This document shows, piece by piece, positions 9,217 to 18,330 of a stretch of 36,229 bases of DNA. The stretch lies in assembly GCA_039680575.1 (NCBI GenBank), contig JBDKSP010000062.1, positions 1 through 36,229 of the forward strand. The letters are read 5' to 3'. The stretch is from Armatimonadota bacterium. GTDB lineage: Bacteria > Armatimonadota > UBA5829 > DTLH01. Within the stretch, counting starts at the first letter, position 1. Every line of letters starts with the position of its first letter. Position numbers and translations under genes: made by a program. The notes below the pieces were generated by a model that was not told the DNA's origin, ran no database searches, and worked only from the letters and a program-made list of their open reading frames with translations.

Positions 9217-9286
9217 AGGCGCGCCATGCTGGATTACAAAGGCGCAGGCAATTATGCAGCAAGAAGATCAATTACGCTAATTCGGG

Positions 9287-10012
9287 CTAATTATTATCAG
9301 AGGAAGCCGGTTTTTCGCACTGAGGCTCCACTGGAGCCGGAGTGCCAGTTATCGTGAGCGGATCAGGAACCGGCACGATCGAGGGTCCGAGAGAATCAGC
9401 AGACTGATCTCCCTGGGTGTTCTCGGATGGTTTATCGCCGATAATGGACTTGGACGGATCTTCCTGTTTTTGTGCTTCTCTGTCAATACTTCCGCGATAA
9501 ATCTCCTGTATGGGGTATCGAACGAACGGCTGCACCGCTACCGACACATCCGTTGGATGTTTAACGGATATAGGCTTCGAAGCAGGCTTAGGTACGGCAT
9601 TTGCAGCTATGCTCTTTTCCGGGTTCGCCAATGGCTGTCTATTTTCGACAGGAACCTGTTTCACGATCACCTTGGGCTGAATTTTGCTGTAACCGAGCAT
9701 TGCTCCTCCCACGAAGGCCGCGGCAAGAAGAAGCGTAAGGGTAAATGTCGGACGGAACAGGCTGAAACCCCGGCGCTCGCTTTTGGCTCGGATTGCCCCC
9801 TTCACCGTCCACATTACACGCTGTCGTTCTTCGTCTGTGAGCTTTGGGGTATCCGTAGGAATGAGCGCGATAGTTCGAATCCTGTCTTCGATCTCATGGG
9901 AGCACTTGCTGCACTCTTCTGCATGCAGCCGTACATAGCGCATCTCATCAGGACTCAGGTCTCCGTAGACATACGCGCCGATCATTCCTGTAATTTTCTT
10001 ACACGTTCCCAT
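9287..10012 (-). CDS. Zinc-binding (zf-HC2/ZAS) membrane anti-sigma factor
   Basis: N-terminal C...AYVYGDL...HAEECSKC (HxxxCxxC), single TM, Pro-rich extracytoplasmic tail; ATG 10012 overlaps the end of the sigma gene. Confidence 0.85.
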   Translation of the reverse strand: MGTCKKITGMIGAYVYGDLSPDEMRYVRLHAEECSKCSHEIEDRIRTIALIPTDTPKLTDEERQRVMWTVKGAIRAKSERRGFSLFRPTFTLTLLLAAAFVGGAMLGYSKIQPKVIVKQVPVENRQPLANPEKSIAANAVPKPASKPISVKHPTDVSVAVQPFVRYPIQEIYRGSIDREAQKQEDPSKSIIGDKPSENTQGDQSADSLGPSIVPVPDPLTITGTPAPVEPQCEKPASSDNN

Positions 10013-10622
10013 TTTCGCGTACCCCCTCCACTGACGATCCCATATATGCAGATAGCTCGACTCGAAGATGCGCTGTCGCGCGGGCAAGATGAGCCTTGAC
10101 CGCCCCGACGGAACATCCCATAGTATCCGAAATCTCCTTCAGCGACAAAAATTGATAATGCCTCAGGATAAACGCCGATCTCTGTCTGACCGGCAACTTG
10201 TCTATCGCTTTTCGGATGGCCTTTCCCATCTCATGGTTCTGAAGGAGCCATCCGGGATCATCCTGTTCTTTTCCCTGCAGACGGTCCCACTCTTCCTCTG
10301 TAAGGTCCAGCCCATCGTTTCGTGACTTGCGTTTTACGTCTATGCAGTGGTTGAGACAGACTCTATAAAGCCATGCGCTCAGGTAACGCGCGCTGTCGAG
10401 CTTAGGCAGAGCCGAATGCAGCTTGATGAACACTTCCTGAGCAGCATCGAGGGCAGCTTCCCGGTCATGAAGCACACTCCATGCGAGGCCAAACACCTGG
10501 TCCATATGAAGAGCCATCAACCGGTCGAATGATTCCGCGTCACCGGCCCTAAACCGTTCAATCAGCAGATCGTCTTCGGCTGCATGCAATCTCTGATGCT
10601 CCTCTTTTATAGTCTTTCCCAC
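9999..10622 (-). CDS. ECF-type RNA polymerase sigma factor
   Basis: GDAESFDRL, DAAQEVFIK, AWLYRVCLNHCID, LPVRQRSAFIL, SLKEIS...GAVKAHLARA; GTG start. Confidence 0.93.
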   Translation of the reverse strand: MGKTIKEEHQRLHAAEDDLLIERFRAGDAESFDRLMALHMDQVFGLAWSVLHDREAALDAAQEVFIKLHSALPKLDSARYLSAWLYRVCLNHCIDVKRKSRNDGLDLTEEEWDRLQGKEQDDPGWLLQNHEMGKAIRKAIDKLPVRQRSAFILRHYQFLSLKEISDTMGCSVGAVKAHLARATAHLRVELSAYMGSSVEGVRENGNV

Positions 10623-10630
10623 ATAATAGC

Positions 10631-10659
10631 TTAACGGATGTTTTATTGGGAAGGTTTAC
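10631..10659 (-). promoter_or_regulatory. Putative ECF autoregulatory promoter
   Basis: Minus strand GTAAAC-17 nt-CGTTAA ending 8 nt before the GTG start; no SD. Confidence 0.55.
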
Positions 10660-10802
10660 TTTTCAAAAACTATTTTTATGAACCTGCCCTTCAAGCCAAT
10701 GAATATGACAACACTTCCCCAGTTCATCTCGATATTTGACATCAATGCTAACGTCAGCTTAAAATGTGGCAGCAAAAACGATCTTACAGGAGGCAAGATG
10801 CT

Positions 10803-11339
10803 ATGGAAGAGACCTTACCCGTAAAACCGGGGTTTTTGGATCGAAAAGTAAGGTTCAAGTGGCCTTTGTACTTCATTGTAGTGCTTATACTGGCCGGGCT
10901 GGTCCTTTATGGCGTCATGTCCTGGCAAGCTGCAATCGTCAAGGGCCGTGCCAGAGACATGATTCGAAGCGAGATAAGATCGAAAGGCGAAGCCATCGCG
11001 GAGACAATTGCCATTACATCGAGGGATGATATTCGAAACGGTAATTTCGACAAGCTGCAGGAGTATTTTTCGGACCTCGTCAAGCAGAAAGACCTCCAGT
11101 ATATAATCGTAATGCAGCCGAATGGGCAGGCTGTTGTCCACACGAATTCCAGGTATAGAGGAACCCTGCTGAAGGATGATTTGTCTGGAAGAGCACTCGA
11201 AATCACGAGTATTCGTGCGGTTGATGTGAAAGACCAGGGTTTATACGATGTAGCGGTCCCTGTAATGTCATTCACTCGAAGGGCAGCCATTGTCCGAGTA
11301 GGTATTTCCTACAATAGAGCCAATCAAGCATTCGAATGA
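10803..11339 (+). CDS. Single-TM protein with Cache/PAS-like extracytoplasmic domain, no output domain
   Basis: One TM (WPLYFIVVLILAGLVLYGV), then YIIVMQPNGQAVVHTN...YDVAVPV...IVRVGIS typical of sensor-kinase ectodomains; GGAGG RBS before ATG 10803. Confidence 0.7.
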   Translation: MEETLPVKPGFLDRKVRFKWPLYFIVVLILAGLVLYGVMSWQAAIVKGRARDMIRSEIRSKGEAIAETIAITSRDDIRNGNFDKLQEYFSDLVKQKDLQYIIVMQPNGQAVVHTNSRYRGTLLKDDLSGRALEITSIRAVDVKDQGLYDVAVPVMSFTRRAAIVRVGISYNRANQAFE

Positions 11340-11395
11340 GCAATAAATCGGATGGGAAGCCCCAAATCTTTGTGACTTCCCACCTATAAGCTGAT

Positions 11396-12025
11396 TTATA
11401 CTGTCGGAGGAGCAGTCTCTGCCTGCTCTTCGCTGGTTTCTACCTCAGGCTCGCCATGCATATGCGGATGCCTTACGGTAATTACGATCATGTCCGGCTT
11501 CGTGGCAAGCTCTATACCCTCAAGAAGCGGAATATCTGACGCATGGATAAAATGTCCGATCTGCAGATCAGTTATATCCACATCGACTTTTGAGGGAATA
11601 TGATCTGCGCGGCTCTTGATCTCCAGTTCATCCATCATTATCTCCAACACGCCGCCATCTCGAACACCTGCTGCATCGCCGACAATCCCTATTGGCACTG
11701 ATGTAGTGACAACATCCGACAGCGAAACGCGCTGGAAGTCCACATGAAGCACCTTTCTATTGATTGGGTTGGTCTGAACGCTCTTGATTACTACGATACC
11801 GCCTTCTCCGTGTTCAGCTCCCTCGATGCTCAGATCGAAGACACCATGGATTCCTGCCTCGGTGCGGAGCACGACCGCAAGGTCTGGGAGCGCCACTTCA
11901 AGTGGAAGCGCCGCCTTCCCTTTGCCATGAAGCGAGCCGGGAATTTTACCATGCCGTCTCAGTTCTTTCACATGGCTTTTTCTCATGTCTTCACGCAAAT
12001 GAACTTGTAGTTTTAACTTTTCCAA
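11396..12025 (-). CDS. rplY: 50S ribosomal protein L25 / general stress protein Ctc
   Basis: LRRHGKIPGSLHG, VQTNPINRKVLHVDFQRV, GVRDGGVL, IPSKVDVDITDLQIG; TTG at 12025 after TAGGAGG. Confidence 0.92.
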   Translation of the reverse strand: MEKLKLQVHLREDMRKSHVKELRRHGKIPGSLHGKGKAALPLEVALPDLAVVLRTEAGIHGVFDLSIEGAEHGEGGIVVIKSVQTNPINRKVLHVDFQRVSLSDVVTTSVPIGIVGDAAGVRDGGVLEIMMDELEIKSRADHIPSKVDVDITDLQIGHFIHASDIPLLEGIELATKPDMIVITVRHPHMHGEPEVETSEEQAETAPPTV

Positions 12026-12034
12026 CTTATACCT

Positions 12035-12103
12035 CCTATAGATTTCCGGCAGTTCAGTTAGCAGCCCCAATCGAATGCCGGTTATTGCCGAAAATCTTCC
12101 GGA
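12035..12103 (-). repeat. Copy B (3' half) of the two-hairpin element, in the rplY leader
   Basis: Minus strand TCCGGA-AGATTTTCGGCA...TGCCGGAAATCT-ATAGG(AGG); stem contains a U-G wobble on the sense strand. Confidence 0.8.
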
Positions 12104-12161
12104 TAGCTGATAGTTTAAAGCGCTCTAATCGAGTGCTGGTATACAGAGCCATCTTTAAAGA

Positions 12162-12191
12162 AGTATATTCCCAGTGGTTCTAATAAGTCAA
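12162..12191 (-). promoter_or_regulatory. Putative sigma70 promoter of rplY
   Basis: Minus strand TTGACT-18 nt-TATACT. Confidence 0.6.
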
Positions 12192-12240
12192 ATTGCGAGC
12201 AAATAATAGCATGGTATTTGCTCGCTTAGCCTACTCCGAT

Positions 12241-12270
12241 TTGACGCTACTCCGGCTCTTCGGTTAAAAT
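12241..12270 (+). promoter_or_regulatory. Putative sigma70 promoter of the acyl-CoA dehydrogenase/etf operon
   Basis: TTGACG-18 nt-TAAAAT. Confidence 0.55.
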
Positions 12271-12362
12271 AGCCGGGATGGGATTATTTGTACCCGTAAA
12301 TGTATTATCGATAATTTACATACAAGCCGCTTTACGGCCTTTTGAGGAGGAGACACTTCAAT

Positions 12363-13523
12363 ATGGATTATTTCTTCACGGAAGAACAGCAGTTTATGCG
12401 TGACGTAGCGAAAGACATCGCCGAGAAGAAGATCAGACCGGTTTCTGCGCATTATGACGAGACAGGTGAGTTCCCTTGGCCTGTAGTCAAAGCAATAGCC
12501 GAAGCGGATCTCTTCCGCGTATTTATAGATGAGAAATACGACGGTATGGCTGGCGGCAACCCCATTATGAATATGGTGATCGTCGCCGAAGAGCTTTCAA
12601 AAGCCTGCGGAGGTATCTCACTTTCATTTGCTGCTACAGGACTTGGGACTATGCCGATCCTCGTTTCCGCAAGTGAAGAGCAAAAAGCCAAATATCTGCC
12701 GAGAATCGCGGCTGGAACACTTGCTGCTTTCGGTCTTACCGAAGCCAACGCCGGTTCCGACGCATCAGGTATGCAGACGAGAGCCGTCCAGGATGGAGAT
12801 TCATTTATACTTAATGGAACGAAGCAGTGGATCACAAACGGTGGAGAAGCTGAGATATATACAATCTTCGCTGTAACCGATCCTGATCGTGGCGCACGCG
12901 GCGTATCTGCATTCATAGTTGAAAAGGACACTCCCGGCTTCACCTTCGGCAAAAAAGAGGATAAGCTCGGAATCCGCGCATCCGCAACACGCGAACTGGT
13001 TTTCCAGGACTGCCGAATCCCTGCTGAGAATATGCTCGGAAAGCGTGGAACAGGGTTCTTTACAGCAATGAAGACATTCGATATGTCACGGCCGGGCGTC
13101 GGCGCTCAGGCTCTGGGTATCGCGCAGGGAGCGCTTGACCTTGCGGTCCAGTACAGCCGCCAGAGGAAGCAGTTCGGAGCGCCTATCTCCAGTTTCCAGG
13201 GACTCCGCTTCATGCTCGCAGATATGGCAATGAAGGTCGAAGCATCAAGAGCGCTTATTTATTCCACAGCCAGGTGGATCGACAAGGCAGCGCCGAGGAA
13301 GGCGACCACATATTCCGCAATGGCTAAGTGCTTCGCGTCAGATGTTGCGATGGAAGTCACAACGAACGCTATTCAGGTGTTCGGCGGGTACGGTTATATG
13401 AAAGAGTATCCTATCGAGAAGTATATGCGCGATGCAAAGATCACGCAGATCTACGAAGGAACAAATCAGATTCAGCGTGACGAGATCGGTAGAGGTCTTG
13501 TTGCGGCAGCAGCTCAGAGCTGA
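12363..13523 (+). CDS. Acyl-CoA dehydrogenase (butyryl-CoA dehydrogenase Bcd/CarC-like)
   Basis: AFGLTEANAGSDAS, LNGTKQWITNG, KLGIRASAT, RKQFGAPI, AIQVFGGYGYMKEYPIEKYMRDAKITQIYEGTNQIQR. Confidence 0.93.
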   Translation: MDYFFTEEQQFMRDVAKDIAEKKIRPVSAHYDETGEFPWPVVKAIAEADLFRVFIDEKYDGMAGGNPIMNMVIVAEELSKACGGISLSFAATGLGTMPILVSASEEQKAKYLPRIAAGTLAAFGLTEANAGSDASGMQTRAVQDGDSFILNGTKQWITNGGEAEIYTIFAVTDPDRGARGVSAFIVEKDTPGFTFGKKEDKLGIRASATRELVFQDCRIPAENMLGKRGTGFFTAMKTFDMSRPGVGAQALGIAQGALDLAVQYSRQRKQFGAPISSFQGLRFMLADMAMKVEASRALIYSTARWIDKAAPRKATTYSAMAKCFASDVAMEVTTNAIQVFGGYGYMKEYPIEKYMRDAKITQIYEGTNQIQRDEIGRGLVAAAAQS

Positions 13524-13564
13524 AGCTAATAAAATAAATCTGTAGTATTCTTGATCGAGAAGAA

Positions 13565-13649
13565 AGGATTTAGGATTTAAGGATCTAGGATTTAGGGGGA
13601 ACGATGGAAATATATCACCCTGGATCCTTAATCCTATCTCCTAAATCCT
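13565..13649. repeat. Inverted arrays of heptamer repeats (AGGATTT x4 / AAATCCT x4)
   Basis: aggattt aggattt a aggatct aggattt (13565-13593) and ggatcct taatcct atctcct aaatcct (13622-13649). Confidence 0.8.
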
Positions 13650-14695
13650 TACGTATTCTACATATGATACCAAGAGAGAGAATAAAAGCAATATATGATG
13701 GTAAGCCTGCGGACCGGCCTGGCTTCTGGCTTGGTCATCCGCATGAGGAGACTCGTAAGAATCTTTACGAGTATTTTGGAGTCGATACGGATGATGCCGT
13801 AAGACAAATTGTCGGTGACGACTGCCGGTGGATAGCCGCTGACTGGTCTTGCTACAGGCATCCTGAAGGTATACCTCTATTTGATCCTATGTATGGTATC
13901 GGTTCAAGAACCAGCCTCGGACAGCCCGGCTGCTTTGCCAATTGTGAGGATGAGTCGGAGCTTGACGATTACCCATGGCCGGACGCATCGTATATCGACC
14001 TTGTTCCCATCAGGAACTGGTCTGAACGGAATTCTGAATATGCTCTATTCGGAGGTGCAAGCAGCTGTTTCTTTCATGTAGTCGCGGAATTCTTCGGCAT
14101 GGAGAATTACTTCATGAAGATGTATACCAATCCGAATATAGTCCATGCGGTTGCGAGAAGGGTTGTTGATTTTCATCTCGCTGTGAACAGGCGTGTCTTC
14201 TCTGAAGCCAGAGACACGGTTGATGTATTCTTTTTCTTTAATGATTTTGGGACACAGGAAGACCTGTTTGTAAGCCCTGCTATGTTCAGGGAGTTCGTTC
14301 TTCCGTATTTCAAGGAATTGATAGACCTTGCAAAGTCATTCGGCGTGTATTCTCAGTTGCATTCCTGCGGAGCAGTCTCAAAGGTAATCCCGATGCTGGT
14401 CGAAGCCGGTATGGACGGCCTCCATCCACTTCAGGCAAAGGCAAAGGGAATGGCTGCAGAGAATCTCGCCAGGGATTTTAAAGGAAAGATCGTTTTTGTC
14501 GGTGGAGTCGACACACAAGAACTTATGTGGCGTGGCACACCGCAAAAAGTGAAAGATGAGGTTTCAAGATTGAGGGATGTATTCGGTGAACGCTGGATTA
14601 TATCCCCGAGTCATGAAGTACTTATGCCGGAGGTTCCGGTAGAGAATATAATAGCATTGTGTGAAGCGGCAACGGGCTTATCGCTCAAAAGCTGA
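13604..14695 (+). CDS. Uroporphyrinogen decarboxylase (URO-D/MtaA-CmuA) family protein; start 13604 or 13664
   Basis: PRERI...DRP, FGMENYFM, NDFGTQ...SPAMFREF, HSCG, HPLQ, GGVDTQ, GTPQKV, SPSH motifs. Confidence 0.88.
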   Translation: MEIYHPGSLILSPKSLRILHMIPRERIKAIYDGKPADRPGFWLGHPHEETRKNLYEYFGVDTDDAVRQIVGDDCRWIAADWSCYRHPEGIPLFDPMYGIGSRTSLGQPGCFANCEDESELDDYPWPDASYIDLVPIRNWSERNSEYALFGGASSCFFHVVAEFFGMENYFMKMYTNPNIVHAVARRVVDFHLAVNRRVFSEARDTVDVFFFFNDFGTQEDLFVSPAMFREFVLPYFKELIDLAKSFGVYSQLHSCGAVSKVIPMLVEAGMDGLHPLQAKAKGMAAENLARDFKGKIVFVGGVDTQELMWRGTPQKVKDEVSRLRDVFGERWIISPSHEVLMPEVPVENIIALCEAATGLSLKS

Positions 14696-14725
14696 TTGCC
14701 GTATTTAGTAAAAAGGAGTCTTAGT

Positions 14726-15523
14726 TTGAAGATTGCTGTCTGTATAAAGCAAGTGCCGCAGACAACGGAAGTTAAGATCAATCCTGAGACTAATACCTTG
14801 GTACGCGAAGGTGTAGAGTCACAGGTAAACCCGTTCGATATGTATGCACTTGAGGAAGCCGTCCGCGTAAAAGAACGGCTTTTGGAGAAAGGTGAAGAGG
14901 CGACGGTAACGGTAATCACTATGGGACCGCCGCAGGCAGATGCTGCACTCAGAGAGGCGATTTCGCTTGGCGCGGATGAAGCAGTTCTTTTGTGCGACCG
15001 AGCATTTGCCGGCGCCGATACCTGGGCAACATCTTTTGCTCTTGCCAAAGGCCTCACAAAGATAGAGCCTGATCTTGTTTTCTGCGGAATGCAGGCAATT
15101 GACGGCGACACCGGCCAGGTCGGGCCTGGGACCGCTGTTCATCTGGACTATGCCCAGGCGGCGTATGTCGCAAAGATCGAAACTATCGAAAAGAAGAAGA
15201 TCGTCGTTAAAAGACTTATCGAGAACGGTTATGAGGTAGTCTCACTTCGTCTTCCAGCTGTTTTGACGGTCGTAAAAGAGATAAATGAGCCCAGAACTCC
15301 ATCTCTTCGAGGTAAGATGAACGCGAAAAAGGCAGAGATTACCGTTTGGAAAGCTGCTGATATAGACGCACCTGCTGATAAAGTCGGCCTTTTGGGTTCG
15401 CCTACACAGGTTATCAAGATTTTCTCTCCTCCGCACCGCGAAGGCGGCGAGAGATGGACTGGTGAATCACCCGAGCTCGCCGATAAGCTGGCCGGTTTGC
15501 TGAAAGAGATGGAGATTATCTAG
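14726..15523 (+). CDS. etfB: Electron transfer flavoprotein beta subunit
   Basis: CIKQVP, NPFDMYALEEA, TMGPPQA, FAGADTWAT, GMQAIDGDTGQVGP, INEPRTPS; TTG 14726 after AAGGAG. Confidence 0.95.
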   Translation: MKIAVCIKQVPQTTEVKINPETNTLVREGVESQVNPFDMYALEEAVRVKERLLEKGEEATVTVITMGPPQADAALREAISLGADEAVLLCDRAFAGADTWATSFALAKGLTKIEPDLVFCGMQAIDGDTGQVGPGTAVHLDYAQAAYVAKIETIEKKKIVVKRLIENGYEVVSLRLPAVLTVVKEINEPRTPSLRGKMNAKKAEITVWKAADIDAPADKVGLLGSPTQVIKIFSPPHREGGERWTGESPELADKLAGLLKEMEII

Positions 15524-15527
15524 TTCG

Positions 15528-16730
15528 ATGTCAATTAGAGTAATCAATGAAAAATGTACTGGTTGTACCCTTTGCACCAGGGCGTGCCCTCAGGGTGCAA
15601 TAGAAGTTAATGACAAGCTTGCTACCATAGACCTCGACAAATGTACTTTTTGCGGGTCCTGCGTGTCCACATGCCGTTTCCGAGCTATTACTATAGAGAT
15701 CGAAAAACAGGCAAAGGAAGACCTTTCGCAGTATAGCGGTGTCTGGGTTTTTGGCGAGCAGTGGAAAGGCGAACTCTCCCCGGTTGTTCTTGAGCTTATC
15801 ACAGCCGGAAGGCAGCTTGCTGATGCACGAAAGAGCGAGCTAGCTGTAGTGGTTTTAGGCGATAAGCTAGACAACGTTGCACAGTTACTCTCCGAGTATC
15901 CTATAGATAAAGTGCTTGTCTATGAATCTCCGGAACTTGAGTGCTATGACGCAGAGAAATATACTCGCGTCCTTACAGATCTCTGCAGAGAGCTCAAACC
16001 TGAGATAGTCCTTGCCGGAGCAACGACAGTCGGAAGGTCATTCCTTGCAAGAGTAGCTGTCCAGCTCTATACAGGCCTTACTGCAGACTGCACCGGACTT
16101 GCAATAGGCGAAGACGGGCTTTTGCATCAGACAAGACCCGCATTCGGCGGCAACATTATGGCCGAGATCGTCTGCCCTTACACAAGGCCGCAGATGGCAA
16201 CAGTCCGCCATAAGGTTATTCCGACATCGCCGAAGTCGTCGAATGGCAGTAAGCCTGAGATCGTTAAGATTGAGCCCAAATCTAAGCTATTCGGTTCCCG
16301 CAGTGAGATCCTTGAGTTCATCAAGCTGGTCGAAGACACTGTAAATATCGTCGACGCGGACATTATCGTCTCCGGCGGACGAGGAATCCAGGCTCCTGAG
16401 AACTTCGCTATGCTAGAAGAGCTCGCGAAGGCTCTCGGAGGTGCTGTAGGCTCAAGCCGCGCTGCCGTAGATGCTGGTTGGATCCCCTACTCTCACCAGG
16501 TCGGACAGACAGGAAAGACTGTATGTCCCAAGATATACATTGCCTGTGGAATAAGCGGAGCTGTACAGCACCTAGCCGGAATGTCGAGCTCAGATACGAT
16601 CATTGCGATCAACAAAGACCCTAACGCGCCGATTTTCCAGGTTGCGGACTTCGGATTTGTCGGCGACTGCCTGGAAATCGTCCCTATGCTCACAAAGAAG
16701 ATCGCCGCAATGCGAGGGACCGGAAACTAG
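15528..16730 (+). CDS. etfA: Electron transfer flavoprotein alpha subunit with N-terminal 2x[4Fe-4S] ferredoxin domain
   Basis: [12 protein letters not shown] and [52 protein letters not shown]. Confidence 0.95.
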   Translation: MSIRVINEKCTGCTLCTRACPQGAIEVNDKLATIDLDKCTFCGSCVSTCRFRAITIEIEKQAKEDLSQYSGVWVFGEQWKGELSPVVLELITAGRQLADARKSELAVVVLGDKLDNVAQLLSEYPIDKVLVYESPELECYDAEKYTRVLTDLCRELKPEIVLAGATTVGRSFLARVAVQLYTGLTADCTGLAIGEDGLLHQTRPAFGGNIMAEIVCPYTRPQMATVRHKVIPTSPKSSNGSKPEIVKIEPKSKLFGSRSEILEFIKLVEDTVNIVDADIIVSGGRGIQAPENFAMLEELAKALGGAVGSSRAAVDAGWIPYSHQVGQTGKTVCPKIYIACGISGAVQHLAGMSSSDTIIAINKDPNAPIFQVADFGFVGDCLEIVPMLTKKIAAMRGTGN

Positions 16731-16751
16731 ACAAAAAAAGCGTGTATTAAT

Positions 16752-16783
16752 AGGGGCAGGGTATTTCCCTGCCCTGAATTTTT
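16752..16783 (+). terminator. Intrinsic terminator after etfA
   Basis: GGGCAGGG-tattt-CCCTGCCC followed by a T-rich tract. Confidence 0.7.
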
Positions 16784-16906
16784 AGTAAGGAAATATATTT
16801 GCGGCCCTTAATGGACCGTTACGTCCGTAGTTATAGTATGGGCATTATATTTACCGGCATCTGTCGATAGTAAATGACGATTGACCGATTTTTAGTGAGG
16901 AAACTA

Positions 16907-18307
16907 ATGCAACGTTACATTGACTCGGCAAAACCAAGAATTATTCCGCCTCTCGACCCTGATTTCAAACCAAGTGTCCTGGCAAATAGGGAGTTCAGAG
17001 AAAGAATCCAGGCTGAAGGGCATTCCGTACCGCTTGTTATCGCACTCGAACGCGGTGACGGCTCAATTTCAACTTACAAGACAATCGCGTCAAGCGACCC
17101 GGCTGATATGCCAGCGAATAAGGTGTACGCTGAAAGGCTTGTGAAGTTCCTTCTCTGGCAGCGCGGAGGTTGGAAGGTAATCATCGGAGGTCCTAAAGAA
17201 ATCGGGGAGCACATTAAGGAAGCCTATTCCACAACCGGAAAGCGTGCATTTGATTTCAACTTTATGGGCGGAGTATATGAAAAGCCTTTCACAGTCGAAG
17301 CCGTCGACGCAAATGATGTTCCTGAAACACAGGAAGAGGCTGCTCCACTTGGAAGACACCTTGAAGGCTGCAGAATCGGCTTCGATCTCGGCGCAAGTGA
17401 CCGAAAGGTAGCCGCGGTCATAGACGGAGAACCTGTTTTCAGCGAAGAAGTCGTTTGGGACCCCCGAAATCAGACCGATCCGAATTATCATTACAGCGAA
17501 ATAATGGCAGCGCTCAAGAAAGCAGCATCGTATATGCCAAGAGTCGATGCAATCGGTGGAAGCTCTGCCGGAGTTTATATCAATAACCACGTAAAGGTCG
17601 CTTCACTCTTTAGAGGTATCCCCAAGAACCTGTTCGGCACCAAGATCAAAAACCTTTTCATCGATATGAAGAAGGATTGGAACAACATCCCTTTCGATGT
17701 AGTTAACGATGGTGAGGTTACAGCGCTTGCCGGGTCTATGTCGCTCTCGGATAATGCGGTCCTCGGCATTGCTATGGGATCCAGCGAAGCTGCGGGATAT
17801 GTCAACCCCGAAGGAAATATTACTGGCTGGCTGAATGAACTCGCATTTGCGCCTATAGATATCCAGTTAAATGCGCCCGTAGATGAGTGGTCCGGTGATG
17901 CCGGTGTTGGTGCAAACTACCTTACGCAGCAGGGTGTTTTCCGTCTTGCATCAAAGGTCGGGATCCGGCTTGATGATTCCCAGACACTCGCAGATAAGCT
18001 GAAATCCGTGCAGAAGCTTCATGCTGCCGGTGACAAGCGCGCAGAGCAGATCTGGGAAACAATCGGCGTATATCTTGGTTATGCGATAGCGCATTACGCT
18101 GATTTCTATGATATTGAGCACGTATTGATCCTTGGACGAGTGACTTCGGGCAATGGCGGTGGAATTCTCATCAAAAAAGCTAAAGAAGTCCTCACTAAAG
18201 AGTTTCCATCACTATATAAAAAGATAGAACTCCACCTGCCGGAAGATGAGTCAAGCCGGCGTGTTGGACAGGCCGTTGCTGCTGCAAGTCTGCCGTCGTT
18301 AAGTTGA
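16907..18307 (+). CDS. ROK family protein (long form, probable sugar/amino-sugar kinase)
   Basis: GFDLGASDRK, VVNDGEVTALAG, GIAMGSSEAAGY, NELAFAP; about 150-aa extra N-terminal region; ATG 16907 after GAGG. Confidence 0.85.
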   Translation: MQRYIDSAKPRIIPPLDPDFKPSVLANREFRERIQAEGHSVPLVIALERGDGSISTYKTIASSDPADMPANKVYAERLVKFLLWQRGGWKVIIGGPKEIGEHIKEAYSTTGKRAFDFNFMGGVYEKPFTVEAVDANDVPETQEEAAPLGRHLEGCRIGFDLGASDRKVAAVIDGEPVFSEEVVWDPRNQTDPNYHYSEIMAALKKAASYMPRVDAIGGSSAGVYINNHVKVASLFRGIPKNLFGTKIKNLFIDMKKDWNNIPFDVVNDGEVTALAGSMSLSDNAVLGIAMGSSEAAGYVNPEGNITGWLNELAFAPIDIQLNAPVDEWSGDAGVGANYLTQQGVFRLASKVGIRLDDSQTLADKLKSVQKLHAAGDKRAEQIWETIGVYLGYAIAHYADFYDIEHVLILGRVTSGNGGGILIKKAKEVLTKEFPSLYKKIELHLPEDESSRRVGQAVAAASLPSLS

Positions 18308-18330
18308 TTTTGAAGAAAGAAGTGATAGCA

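Noticed and set aside
12119..12137. CIRCE/HrcA operator (AGCGCTC...GAGTGCT)
   Set aside because: Spacer is 5 nt rather than 9 and the outer TT/AA bases do not match.
13565..13649. CRISPR array
   Set aside because: Units are 7 bp with no unique spacers; no cas genes in the window.
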